Positions 27,996 to 40,853 of a DNA stretch of 64,000 bases are shown here, piece after piece. Location of the stretch: NCBI RefSeq assembly GCF_006345805.1, contig NC_042999.1, positions 96,472,001-96,536,000 of the forward strand, given 5' to 3'. Source of the stretch: Octopus sinensis (lineage: Eukaryota). Position 1 is the stretch's first letter. Each line of letters opens with the position of its first letter. Below the pieces are notes generated by a model. It ran no database searches and was not told the origin of the DNA. It saw only the letters and a program-made list of their open reading frames with translations. The translations under genes and the position numbers were made by a program.

Positions 27996-30259
27996 ACTAT
28001 CGGCCCATTACATGTCTATTCTACCATGTATAAAATTTTAACATCCATCCTCGTGGAGAAAACACACAAATTTATTGAACAGAACGATACTTTCCCCACT
28101 GAACAAAAATGGTGCAGACGAGGCTCATATGGATGCAAAGACAAACTCTTAACCAATCACATGATCCTCGAGAACTGTCATAACACATGCAGAAATCTCA
28201 GTTCCGTATGGATTGATTATAAAAAGGCCTTTGACAGCATACTGCATTCATGGATCTTGAAATCGCTGGATATCCTCAAAATTTCTCCTGTGATTTCAAA
28301 CTTCCTAAAGCACAACCTGTCAGTGTGGAATATGAATCTCCAATTATACACTCTAATGGAGTACTGATCTCAAAAAATATCAATATCAATTGCGACATTT
28401 TCCAAGGTGACTCACTTTCACCTTTAATTTTATGCATATCCCTAATAACTCTTATAAGTGAACTTAACAGAACAGAGTATGGATATAAAATTGGCTGTAA
28501 GAAAATAAGATATCTATTTTATATGGTTGACTTAAAACTCTATGGCAGAGACGATAATGAACTTGAAAGACTACTACGTACTGTGAAAGCATTCAGTGAT
28601 GACATCGGGATGAAATTTAGTCTTTATAAATGTGCCAAGGCCACTTTCCAGAAAGGAAAATTGCAGATCTCACATTGAGTGGTACTGGATGTTGACGTAA
28701 TCATAAAAGAACTCGAACAGGAACAAACTTACAAATACCTCGGAATAAATGAGGGCTCTGGCAGTCAGCATGCAAGCATGAAAGAGAAGATCAAGAAGGA
28801 ATGTTACAGGAAAGTTCAAGAAGCCCTAAAATCCGAGTTAAATGCACGTAACAAAGTGTTAACTATAAATTCCTTAGCAGTTCCGGTTGTTATTTACAGT
28901 TTCAATATGTTGAACTGGGATATGAGCAAAATAAGGAAAACTGACAGGAAAATCCGTAAGCAGGCGCAGGTCGTCTTTTCCTACCCAGAGCTAAAGGATG
29001 TCGAAGCTTGATCCAATTTGAAATCTCTTACAAAACCACCACAACTGGAATGGCAAAATATCTTGAAACATCTAACGACTGGATGATAAAGCTCGTTGAA
29101 AACCATGAAAGATGTAAGAAGCTTCAATCTGCTACGAGCTACAAAGGAAAGCAAGACATTTTCAAGTTTATGCATAACACCCAGGTTGAACAGCATGTTG
29201 GAAGTGCGGCAACTCTAGTCGCAAAGAAGGTGAAATCAATAGCAAAGCAAAATGCGTTTGAACAATTGGCTGATAGGTGGGAACAAAAACCTCTGTATGG
29301 CAAATTTGTGGCCCGTAGCAAACAAGCTAATGTAGACCAGAACCGCACCTATCAGTGGCTACGGAGCTCAGGTCTAAAGGCATAGAGTGAGGCTTTATAT
29401 TGGCTGCTCAAGATCAGAGATTATTGACTCTGAACTATCAAGCCAATGTGATGAAAAATGGTGGCGAAAAATGGATACTGCAACGAAGGGATTGAAACAG
29501 TAGACTATCTAATCTCTGTGTGTAAGGTTTTAGCACCTGTAGAGTACAAATCAAGACATGACAGAGTTGACCAATATCTACATTGGATAATGTGTCGGCA
29601 TTATAAAACCAAACTGCTGACAAATTGTAGAAGCACCACCATGAAGCTGTAACTGAGGGAGAAAATGTAACGATTCTTTGGGACTTTCCAGTATGTACAG
29701 ACCGGACCATCAAGGCAAATAAGACCAAAACAATAAAGTCTCTTTACTGACAGACATGAACATACTTTGTGATCATAACATCTCAGCAAAATAATTCAAT
29801 AAGCTCAGAAAATATAAAGATTTGCTAATCGAAATCGAAAAGATGTGACATCTCAAGACGGTTACAATACTAGTGCTTGTGGAAGCACTTGGAATGAAAA
29901 AAAGGAATTGAAAATTATTTAAGAATCATCCCTTACCGTCCATGCAGAAATTAAAAAGGATTGTCTTAACTGGTACGTCACACACACTGAGAAGAGCATT
30001 GTCACAGTGAATTTTCTCTCCCTTTTACCCTTTATTTTCTGTTTACTTTTTCTTTTCTTATTTTTTCCTTTTTCTCTCTGATTTCTTCCCCTTTTTTTCT
30101 AACACATGATTTTGTAAATGAACAATCTGGTGTGTGTAATTTAATGGCCTACCAATGTATACAGTGTATTTATCTGACCTAGGTGTCAGGAAGACACTCG
30201 GCAAGAAATGGAAACAATTGAAAGATGACAATGAAAATAATAATAATAATAATAATAAT
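27996..30259 (+). mobile_element. 5'-truncated, decayed R4/Dong-like non-LTR retrotransposon (RT, Zn knuckle, restriction-like endonuclease) with (TAA)n tail
   Basis: Motifs in order across frameshifted ORFs: YRPITCL, EQKWCRRGSYGCKDKLL, WIDYKKAFDSILHSW, IFQGDSLSPL, LFYMVDLKLY (YMDD), YKYLGINE, WEQKPLYGKF, a degenerate Zn knuckle (CNEGIETVDYLISVC...RHDRV), TILWDFPVCTDRTIKANK, and KYKDLLIEIEKM. These are followed by a 3' UTR and a (TAA)n tail at 30236-30259. Confidence 0.92.
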
Positions 30260-31319
30260 CATTATTATCGAGCTAAACTTCTACGTAATTTTTAAAACAT
30301 GCTTTAATTGTGCTGTACTAAATTACCTAACTCTTGTATATGAATTTTATTTTCCTAATCATTCAATATTCCCAGCGTCTGTTGTAGTACATAGAGGTGC
30401 GGTATATAATATTTTTAGTTTTTCTCTCAAAAGCTAAAGAGAACAAATTTTCCAACTGACCACGGGGCACACAATCTTTTTCCAAATTGACTTCAGCAAA
30501 CCTGAGACTTTGTCACTATATCTTTTTGATGTTGCAAATGAAAGGCTAACAGGAGATTAAAGCTATTTAAATACGAAGAGTACAAACGAAATTCATCATT
30601 TTTAACACAATTTATCAAAATTTCCTATTTGAGAATGTTTCAGAAAAAGTCATATAGCCGATGACCTCGAAATGATATGCTATAATGTGAAATCCTACAT
30701 ATCCTTGAAGATAACTGTAATCTACAACTAAAATTCATATGTACGTATATATGCATTTATCAAACAATACTACCCTGATATAAGAATTTACAACTACCAA
30801 TAAGCAATAAAGGAAAACAAGGGCCTGTACAAACCTAGGAAAGGAAAAGAAATAGTAAAAGACAATGACAATAAACCGAGACATTAAAGAGAGCAAAAAT
30901 ATATCAAACATAGTCGAGCAATTTCCGTCGTAAGCTGGCAATCGGATATCGACGTCATTTCGACACATTGAGACAAATAACTATATTCGATGATATCAAA
31001 CAACATTTTGTGTGTATGTGTGTGTGTGTGTGTGTGTGTGTCTGTGTGTGTGCGTGTGCGTGTGCGTTTATCTAACTCTCCAAACGTATGCACAAATATA
31101 TGCAATAAATATTAATAAAGTTATATAAAATAACATACAAGATAAATTCTTGATTTATTGAAATTATTTTTCTTTTGAAAAAAGAATAAATAAATGCCTT
31201 GTAGCAATAGTAACCAACTCCAACTGAAAAGGGAAGATAATCTCAGGAATCAAGAATTCAACAAAATGTTCATACTACTAAAGAAAAACGTCAGGTTACT
31301 GGAGACGAAGAAGTATGTA

Positions 31320-31578
31320 GATATATGCTTCTACTGCAATGTACATCATCAACATTGTTCTCCTACCTTGAATCCAGCAGATGAGAGAGTGAAACATTTT
31401 TAAAAAATGTGGTGTGTTTCTATGCACAACTTTTTTACATATGCTTAAATATCTATGTTAAGTGTAAGTTAAGCATATCTTTGAGTATCTATGTAATTTA
31501 TCATTGTATAAAAACATTCAATCACATTTATGCACACCCAAACACACACACACACACATACATACACACATATGACAC
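31320..31578 (+). repeat. Diverged direct duplicate of 27767-27997
   Basis: Both copies read gatatatg(c/t)ttctactgcaatg...tgtgtttctatg...catatgcttaaatatctat.ttaagtgtaagttaagcatatcttt.agtatctatgt.atttatcattgtataaaaacattcaatcacatttatgcacaccc...atatgacac. Confidence 0.93.
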
Positions 31579-32505
31579 ATACATACTCCACCCCATAATT
31601 AGTCTTAGGGAGGTACATTTTTTAATCAAACTTTTCCCAAAAATTATAAATGTATGAATGCACGACCTGGTGAATTTCGCCTTCAGTGGATTCTGTTCGT
31701 TCTGTTGACTATGGGGTATTCTTTTCAGCGGATGCTATCCAATTTTTATAATACGAGATTTTATTTTCAAGGACATTCTTTATAGTTAAAATTTTCATTT
31801 ATTATATCGTTGTGTTGTTTTCTTTTTTTTTCTCTGGTAGTTGTTTTATTTGTTAATTCGTTGTTTGCAATATGTTCCGTTAGCCATTATAACTATTGTC
31901 AATCTATGCATCATTTTGTAGTTTTGAAATTGTCTACATTGCCATCGTGGTTCTGTCCCTAACATGTTTTTCTCGCTTCAGTCCAGTCATTTCAAATCTT
32001 GCTTATTTAGAATCGCTAAAAGGTACTTTTGCTAGCTGTTATTTACATGCCATAAAAATATTCTCTTGAAATGGTTTCTTGTTTTGCTAGCTATAATTCA
32101 GTCATCACACGTTACGATTTGATACTTTTCGTACCTGATTTTGTCTATATTTTATTCTATGCATTTATATAACCTGAATTAGCTAGCTCTTAAGGTTACA
32201 ACTCTTTTTGCACGTACGTGCGTGTTATATAAGCCTATACACACATACACGTATGTCAGTAATATACAACGCTCGTAACCAGTAGTGGGAACGATAACTG
32301 TAGAGAAAAGAACCAATCGACTTAAGCATGTATAAATGAACCCCGAAAACCGAAAGAAAAACTGTTTTGCTTATAGCTTGCAGTGACGCGAAACTCGAGT
32401 TGCAAGAAGAGTGATTCAGTTTAAATAAATATTCAAACTTACGTCTCATGTCACTTCCCCCACACAGATAAAAAAAAGTGCACCCCATCATGAACGGGTA
32501 AAGTA

Positions 32506-32590
<85 letters not shown>

Positions 32591-32593
32591 GTG

Positions 32594-32640
<47 letters not shown>

Positions 32641-33595
32641 ATGTATGTATGTGTGTATGTATGTGTGTATGTATGTATGTATGAAGAAGTGGTTTAATTA
32701 AAACTTGATTGCAAGTTTTATTCACTTATTATTTACTTACTCCCTTTTCTGACGTTCGACACCCCACCAAAATATTGCACCGGTGTGAGGCACGCCCCAC
32801 CTTGGGAAACCCTACTCTAAAACATGTATCAACTACTTACGTCGTTTTTTACCCGATAAACATGAACGGACACACACACACACACACATGCTGTTTCTTA
32901 CAATAATGATGTAGATATTGTGGCTAGCATAGTAGTAGTAGTAGTAGTAGTTGTTGTTGTTGGTGTTGTTCTTGTTCTTGTTGCATTGTGATAATTGTAG
33001 CAGTTTGTTGATAACGATGCTGATACATTTGGCGTTTACAATTTGTTTATGATGTTAGTTGATAAGTTTGATCAGATATTTCAAGCGCTGCCTCTATGCT
33101 GGTGTTGTTGTTGTTATTGTTGCTGTTATTGTTGTTGTTGTTATTGTTGGTGGTGGTGGTAGTGCTGTTATTGCTGCTAGTGTTAATTATGATGTCGCTG
33201 TTGTAGGTATTGAGAAAACTTCTACGCCATTATTCTGGTAACGTGACACGTCATCCTATAAGCTCTAATCCACATCAGCACCAATAGCTGCTTTTTTTCT
33301 CCCCTTTCTCCAACATCTTACACAACTGTTAACATCCTCAGGACGAGTCAACGCTTGCACTGCTAGATATAGTAGTCAAATCTACTTGCCTTCACACCAG
33401 CACCGTCTTACATAAGATATGACAATGAAATAATGCAATCTTATGTATCTCTACAAAGACGGTTCGGTCACGACTGGAATGCCGTTGATTATAGACCTGC
33501 TCAATCTGAATATCAAGTCCAAGTACAAAATTTTAAGGAGTGTCTCAGATTAGTTTGTTCACTAATTTATTTAACCACACGGGCTAGATCACACT

Positions 33596-33636
<41 letters not shown>

Positions 33637-35392
33637 TGTTGTTGTTGTTGTGTTGTTGTTGTTGTTGTTGTTGTTACTATCGTCGTTTAGCCTCAAGTCA
33701 ATCTACTCGCATTGAGCAAACATAAACAGTCCGTTAACATGCTATGGACTACATTTTCCAATTATCAAACGTGTCCTTCCATTTTTCTAAGAAAGCAAAA
33801 GGGGACTATTGAGGGTAATTTGGCTGCAATTTCTTTCAAGCTGATGGGACATATAGGGCTTTATCTTGTTAGTGTTTATAATTGTATGTCTGTAAGCTCA
33901 TCTCACTTCAATGTCACTAGTAGTTATCCTTGCCCTCCAAACTTTTCATTACAAAGGTAAATTTAAGTATATTTAAATACGTATTAGTTATAATCCTGCT
34001 TTGTGTTCATTCACAAAAATGCCTCTACTTCTCACATCATCGAATATCTAAAGTAACGGTTAGACTAAGCTCTCTAGTGATGTCTAAAATAATATAAACT
34101 TATATAAACCCATATCTTGGTAGGTAAAACGCCATATTGAAGGTAAAAGGAATAGAGATAAAATCAAAGGACTGTAATAAAATTATATAAATATCGAATG
34201 CGATGGTCAGAAGCAAAGAGTTCAAGTGCATAAAAAAAAACATAGTAAAGCACATGCGATGGTGAGAAATAGCGATATATAATATATCGATATATTAATC
34301 ATTTGATGGCAAACGTTTCGAAGTTAACTTTGGAGGCTTACAGTTCAAGTCCGATTTGTCTTGAAACAATGTAAATGTACGGGATAGAATTATGCATGCT
34401 TACATGAGCATATATTCTGGATTGCATTTATTTGTCCATATTCGTTCTTTTATTTTGACTGGCCTATATTTACGGCTTTAAGTTTCTTTTTCTTGCTTAT
34501 TTTTCATCTTTTGTATCATTCTGTTATAATACTTCAGATCTTAATCTAATTTCGCTATCTACTCGCTTCTACTTCCCCTATGTATTATAATTGTTCTTAC
34601 ATATTCGATACAAATTGCCAATTGTAACTAATAATATATTTTAAGTGAAATCCTCTCTTTACCTTTTCCTTTTCTCATTCCTCTTTTCATTTTTTTCTTT
34701 TCTGTGATTTCTCATTTGTTTATTTATTCATTTATGCAAAATTATCGGAAGCGTAATTATAGACCATTTTATTAAACAATATCCATTTTTCTGCAAGTTA
34801 TGAGGAAACAGAGTCGGTGGGACACACTTGCGTATGTGTACTCATTGCTTTAACATAAGTTTCTTCTATTATAATTTTTCAAAAGGATACATGTTTATTA
34901 TAGACTTCCGGTAACGCATGCGAATTGATATACAATAATCAGCGGGAGCGGAGTGTTCATCATCGGACTGCAGTTTTTGCGTATTGTATAGATATACGGT
35001 AGCTGATCGGCGAACAAACAAAACACATGCAGTGAGTATCTGCGGTCGATAATGTTTACAAGACTAAAGCTGCTTTTAATTCGTTATCGAATTTAATTTT
35101 ACGTAATTTTACAGTACTTATGTATAGTCGTAGACTGGCAATTTGATTCGTCCCCTGATCGATTCAGGTACGCTATGTTGATAAGCCACATAAATGGCGA
35201 AATATTGGTATCCATCACTCCTAAAATAGATTGGAGGTGAGATGTGTCGCCTGTATATGATTTTCAGGTGTTTTAACACCCAGAGTAATGAGGGAGTTTT
35301 GGCCCAGGCGTTATACGACACCGAACCGACGAACAAAAAAAAGTATGTCTGGTCGATAATGTTTACAACACTAGCGCTGCTTTTAATTCGTT

Positions 35393-35430
<38 letters not shown>

Positions 35431-35432
<2 letters not shown>

Positions 35433-35820
35433 CGCAGGAGTGGTTATGTAGTAAGAAGCGTTCTTCCCAACAACATGGTTCCGAGTTCAGTCCCACTGTG
35501 TGGCACATAGAGCAAGTGTCTTCTACTATGGCCTCGGGCCGACCAAAGCCTTGTGAGTGGCTCAGGTTGACGGAAACTGAATATATGTGTCATATCTATA
35601 TATGCGTCTATATATATATACACACATACATGAGTGTGTGTGTGTGTTTTTGTGCCTGTGTCTGTCCCCCACCACCGCTTGAAAACCGGTGCTAGTGTAT
35701 AATTTCGTCCCCGTAACTTTAGCGGTTCGATAGAGTAAGTACTGAAAAAAATAAGTACTGGGATGCACTTAGCATGGCCGCCGTCAAATGACTGAAGCAA
35801 GCAAAATATAAAAGATAAAA
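35431..35820 (+). mobile_element. SINE family B, near full length
   Basis: Starts ggcgcaggagtggttatgtagtaagaagcg (A-box-like) and has ggttccgagttcagtccc (B-box-like). Ends atggccgccgtcaaatgactgaagcaagcaaaatataaaag. Confidence 0.9.
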
Positions 35821-36213
35821 TATAATATATATACATACCCAAAATGCCCAACATTTGTAATTTACTAACATTATGCTGAGATAAAGTAAAGTATTCACAT
35901 TTCTCTTTCTCATCATTTGCTTTTCCCGCCATCTATCTGTCAATCTATCTTATTTTCTATCTTTCTTCCTTTCTTTCTTTCTTAATATACCGGCTCCGAA
36001 TTGTTATTAATATTCCTGCTGCTGCATGGGTGGCATATAATCCACATTAATCCACTCACAATAATCCGATCGCTCACCGCCCATCAATAATTCAGCTATC
36101 ATTTCGTTAAAAAGTTGGGGATCACTTGTGTGATTGATTGGTTGCTTGTTGCTAAATATATTCATGGCAATTATAGCAAATTAAACATACGTACGCATAT
36201 ATATATTAACTTT

Positions 36214-36626
36214 TTGTTACTTGTTTCAGTCATTTGATTGCGGCCATGCTGTGGCACCACCTTGAAGGGTTTTATTCAATGAATCGACCCTAGGACCTTC
36301 TTTTTTTCTTTTTGAAGCCTGGTACTTATTCTATCGGGTCCTTTTGCCGAACCGCTAAGTTACGAGAACGTAAATGCAGCAATACCGGGTGTCAAGTGTT
36401 GTTGAAGGGTCAAACACAGACAGACAGACATACGCACACTCACACACACACACATACAACTGGCTTCTTCTTACAGTTTCCGTCCACCAAATCCACTCAC
36501 AAGTCTTTGGTTGGCCCGAAGCTATAGCAGAAGACGTTTGTCCACTGTGTCACGCAGTGGGTCTGAACCCGAAACCTTGTAATTGGGAAGTAAGCTTCTT
36601 ACTCCACAGCTACGCCTGCGCCTATA
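36214..36626 (-). mobile_element. SINE family B, near full length
   Basis: Reverse complement of the 35431 copy, ending ...ccacagctacgcctgcgccta. Confidence 0.9.
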
Positions 36627-37037
36627 TACAGCCACACCTGCGCCTACGACTCTTTCAATTCCTGAAATGAATATTATTCTATACCCAGTATCAAGTTCCC
36701 ATTTCCCACCGTCATAACCACATAGTTCTGAAACTTTTCTCTTTTTACACTCCGAAATGCTTGAGAGTACGATATTATATTTCCTGTATCTATATTTTTA
36801 TGGTCCATGTCCCTACAACTCAAGCCAACGAGGGAGTTTCTACTTGATCGCTTCATCTGCTAGAAATAGTAGTCAAATCGCCCACAAGCTGCACCCTACA
36901 ATCGTAGGAAAGGAAAGGACATATTGGGTAATGTGGTTCCACTTGAAGCTTTTCTACAAATCCATTGAAAGAGGGGACAATCATAGCTGGAGTCTTTGAC
37001 TATTGGTCTACTCAATCAAGATTGTTGGAGTTGTAAA

Positions 37038-37051
37038 CCACCACCACCACC

Positions 37052-37131
<80 letters not shown>

Positions 37132-37163
37132 CAACACTATTACAATTACTACTACTACTGATG

Positions 37164-37245
<82 letters not shown>
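37038..37245. repeat. (CAC)n/(CTA)n/(CAA)n compound microsatellite
   Basis: Direct reading. Confidence 0.95.
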
Positions 37246-37434
37246 ATAACTTGTTTTGAAAACGTTGTGCATATTTTTGACAAAGAATAATTTTAACCCA
37301 AGGAGTTAGGTCAGTGAAATTTCGAAATTCCTCAATCAGAATAATAGTTAAAACTATCTTAACATGCTTCTCTTCAACTGAAACGTTTTAACGACTGAAT
37401 GAAACACACACACGCATGCACATGCACACACACA

Positions 37435-37468
<34 letters not shown>

Positions 37469-38335
37469 ACACACACACACACACACACAAGCCTAGATAT
37501 CTGCCTCGATTTTTTTTAAAAGAAAGTTCTATAAAATATTTGTTATATATTTCTACACACACACACTAACACACACACATACACACACATATATATATAT
37601 ATATAAATATGCGTATGTGTGTGAGTGTATGTATGTGTATACATACATATGTACACACACACACATATACGTATATATACGTATAATTTTCCCCATCATA
37701 TATAGTTCCTGTGGATGTTAAGTAAAAATCTTGTTCATTAGCGCAAGCGTAACCTAAATTCACTTAACAAAAACAACAGTCTATCCTTTATTAACACCAT
37801 TATTGACAGTACCTCCTTCAAAGCTGTTCTGTGTTAGCAACAAAGAACGACACTGCATGACATTATGCCACCGAGAAGCGAGCCGAGACATGAAAAAGTT
37901 ACACTGGTTTAGTAATAGTATAGAAGTCATTCTGACACGAAAAAATATGTCAAGCTGTCTAATTATAAATTAGTACAGTAGCAATGATACACTCTTGCTT
38001 CTCCTCAAACATTAATAACTGTACATATCTGTATAGACATTAGCAAATTCTAGAAAGTAAAAATAAAATTTGTAAATATTTCTAATCTATTTCCTGATGA
38101 AATTCTTCAGCGGAGAATTTTTCTAATTTAAGTATATGGATTAAAACTTTATTTTCAGATGTCATGCGGGAAATTTTATATGTAGCTTTTCTTTTTAAAT
38201 AGGGGCCCGGGGAAGTAGAAGAAAAAGTCCATGTGTCCTGCAATCAGAAAAGGATTGTGTGTACACAGCCTAAACACTTAGCTTTCAATGCATTGGGCAA
38301 AATAAATATAGGTAGGTACAAAAGTAAGCATGCAC

Positions 38336-38432
<97 letters not shown>

Positions 38433-38433
38433 T

Positions 38434-38640
38434 AAGGCGGCGAGAATCGTTAGCACGCTGGGCAAAATGTTTAGCGGCATTTCGTCCGTCCTTGCGTTCT
38501 GAGATCAAATTCCGCCGAGATCGACTTTGCCTTTCATCCTTTCGGGGTCGATGAATTACGTACCAATTGAGCACTGGGGTGGATGTAATCGACTAGCCCC
38601 ATCCCCACAAGTTTCAGGCCTTGTGCTTATAGCAGAGGAT
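38434..38640 (+). mobile_element. SINE family A, near full length, directly after (TA)n
   Basis: aaggcggcgagaatcgttagcacgctgggcaaaatgtttagcggcatttcgtccgtc...ttctgagatcaaattccgccgagatcgactttgcctttcatcctttcggggtcgat...aggccttgtgcttatagcagaggat. Several homologous copies occur in the window. Confidence 0.9.
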
Positions 38641-39029
38641 ATGCATTAAATATTATCAGTTGGTCTTATTCCATGCTAATAGCGATCGGTATAGTCATGA
38701 ACAAGAGCGACGACGTTCATACTGCGTTGTTCTGCTCACAGAAACAACAAAGCGCCTGCCATACTATCTGTACTAAGCCAATAGATATATATGAGATAGG
38801 AGTTTACATGGATAATGGGATAATTTATAAGAGGATAATTAACTCTGGTTGAGAAGAACGTGATAGTTCAGTAAGTACTTCTGTCTATAATAATAACCAC
38901 TTTCTTGACACCATAAACTTTTCACTTCATGCTTGCATTAGAAATAAAAATATCAATGCCACAACACCAAATACTACTACTACTACTGTTGATGATGATG
39001 ATGATAATGATGATGATGAAGCTATCGTA

Positions 39030-39937
39030 AATGAAAAATTAAGGAAAATTATCCTACATGGGCCAGCGATCTTGATGCTGATACAAATATGATACCGTTG
39101 TATGTCTGCATCTGGACATGAATCAGAAACAGAGGTTGTACAGGATTACGTGTGACCACTAGAAATTTGCAAGACAACATTCTTGAAAAGTGTGTTTATC
39201 CTAAGTATCGCTTTTGTGATATATCCAAAGAAAGAATTGATCACCTCGTCTTTGGCTGCTGTATATTAGCCTCAAATGAATATGCTAATCGCCATGACAG
39301 ATTTGGTCATTACAAATGCATTGGGTCACGTATCGTCAGTTTGGACGCTGCCAAAATAGTTGAAAATAAGACATAACCGGTTCTTTTTTTCACTTTATTA
39401 TTCAAACTGATTGTGCTACCCAGGTCAACAGTCCAAATATTGTGATGAAAATTCATAGCAACAAAACGTTTGCTCGTAGATGTGTCAATCCTAACAGATG
39501 TCAATCGCTCTATGAAAACGTTTGAAAGGTTAAGTAAATGCAAGGACCCTGCAAAAGGTTTCAAAAATGTGATATTTAAGAGCGACAATGTACTGGAGCT
39601 GTGGAAAAATAAGAAACATCATAGTCAAATATCAGGAAACCACAAAGAATCCAGAACTATAATTTTTTTTCTTATGAGTACAACACGCACCTCCGAGAAA
39701 AATAGTGTCAACCGGAACAAATTAGAATTTGGTTAAATTTTTGAAAATCGCAAATATCACAACAAACTTTTAACGAAATCGTAATTCTCAGTAATTGGTC
39801 TTTTATCCCTGCAATGTATCATTGCTACTCATAAATAACAATTGCAGTAAAATGTACAGCATACTGTCTTTTTCTTGAGGTCTTTGGAAGAAACTTGGAA
39901 CAGCTCGTATAAAGCAAGGGAGCAGCAACAATAAAAC

Positions 39938-39992
<55 letters not shown>
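39030..39992 (+). mobile_element. Highly degraded 3' part of an R4/Dong-like LINE ending in (TAA)n
   Basis: YRFCDISKERIDHLVFGCCILASNEYANRHDR (Zn knuckle plus RHD) and LLVDVSILTDVNRSMKTFERLSKCKD (REL endonuclease). The 3' end ttgaggtctttggaagaaacttggaacagctcgtataaagc resembles the reverse complement of ~52705-52760. Confidence 0.75.
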
Positions 39993-39998
<6 letters not shown>

Positions 39999-40069
39999 AC
40001 AGCACATACCCAAGGCACACAGAGCTGCGCTCGGTAGTGAAGTGAAAGCACGCTATAAAAATAAAACTA

Positions 40070-40124
<55 letters not shown>

Positions 40125-40365
40125 TAATAATAATAATAATAGTAATAGTAATTCTTTCTACTATAGGCACAAGGCCTGAAATTATGGAAGTGTGTGTGTG
40201 GGGGGGGGGGGTCTAGTTGATCACAACAACCCCAGTACGCAGCTCGTACTTCTTTTACCAACCCCTAAAGATTGAATGACAAAATCGAACTCAGAACGTA
40301 AAGCCGGACGAAATGCTGTTAAGCATTTTGCCTTCGTGCTAACGATTCTATCGGCTCACCGCCTA

Positions 40366-40454
<89 letters not shown>

Positions 40455-40495
40455 TAATAATAATAATAGTGATAATAATAATAATAATAATAATA

Positions 40496-40526
<31 letters not shown>

Positions 40527-40531
40527 TAGTA

Positions 40532-40594
<63 letters not shown>

Positions 40595-40641
40595 TATTTT
40601 ACCCCAGTGTCACTTTGATGGCATGCACTGCTCTCTCACTC

Positions 40642-40699
<58 letters not shown>

Positions 40700-40789
40700 T
40701 AATAATATAATAATATAATAATAATAATAATAATAATAATATAATAATAATATAATAATATAATATAATAATAATAATAATAGTAGTAG

Positions 40790-40851
<62 letters not shown>
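39941..40851. repeat. Long interrupted (TAA)n array containing nested inserts
   Basis: Direct reading. Non-repeat inserts lie at 39993-40072, 40151-40365 and 40597-40641. Confidence 0.95.
40151..40365 (-). mobile_element. SINE family A inside the (TAA)n array
   Basis: ctttctactataggcacaaggcctgaaatt...gaactcagaacgtaaagccggacgaaatgctgttaagcattttgcc...gctaacgattct...gctcaccgcct is the reverse complement of family A. Confidence 0.88.

Positions 40852-40853
<2 letters not shown>

Noticed and set aside
32376-32406. GAAAC-TCGA-GTT palindromic stem III, hammerhead-like
   Set aside because: No CUGANGA core or stem II upstream.
34310-34345. aaacgtttcg (reverse complement cgaaacgttt), hammerhead half-site; similar half-sites near 21225 and 44782
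   Set aside because: The partner CUGANGA and stems are absent.
39941-40851. Repeat-spacer-like alternation superficially resembling a CRISPR array
   Set aside because: The repeats are variable-length TAA microsatellite and the inserts are TE pieces; the context is eukaryotic with no cas genes.
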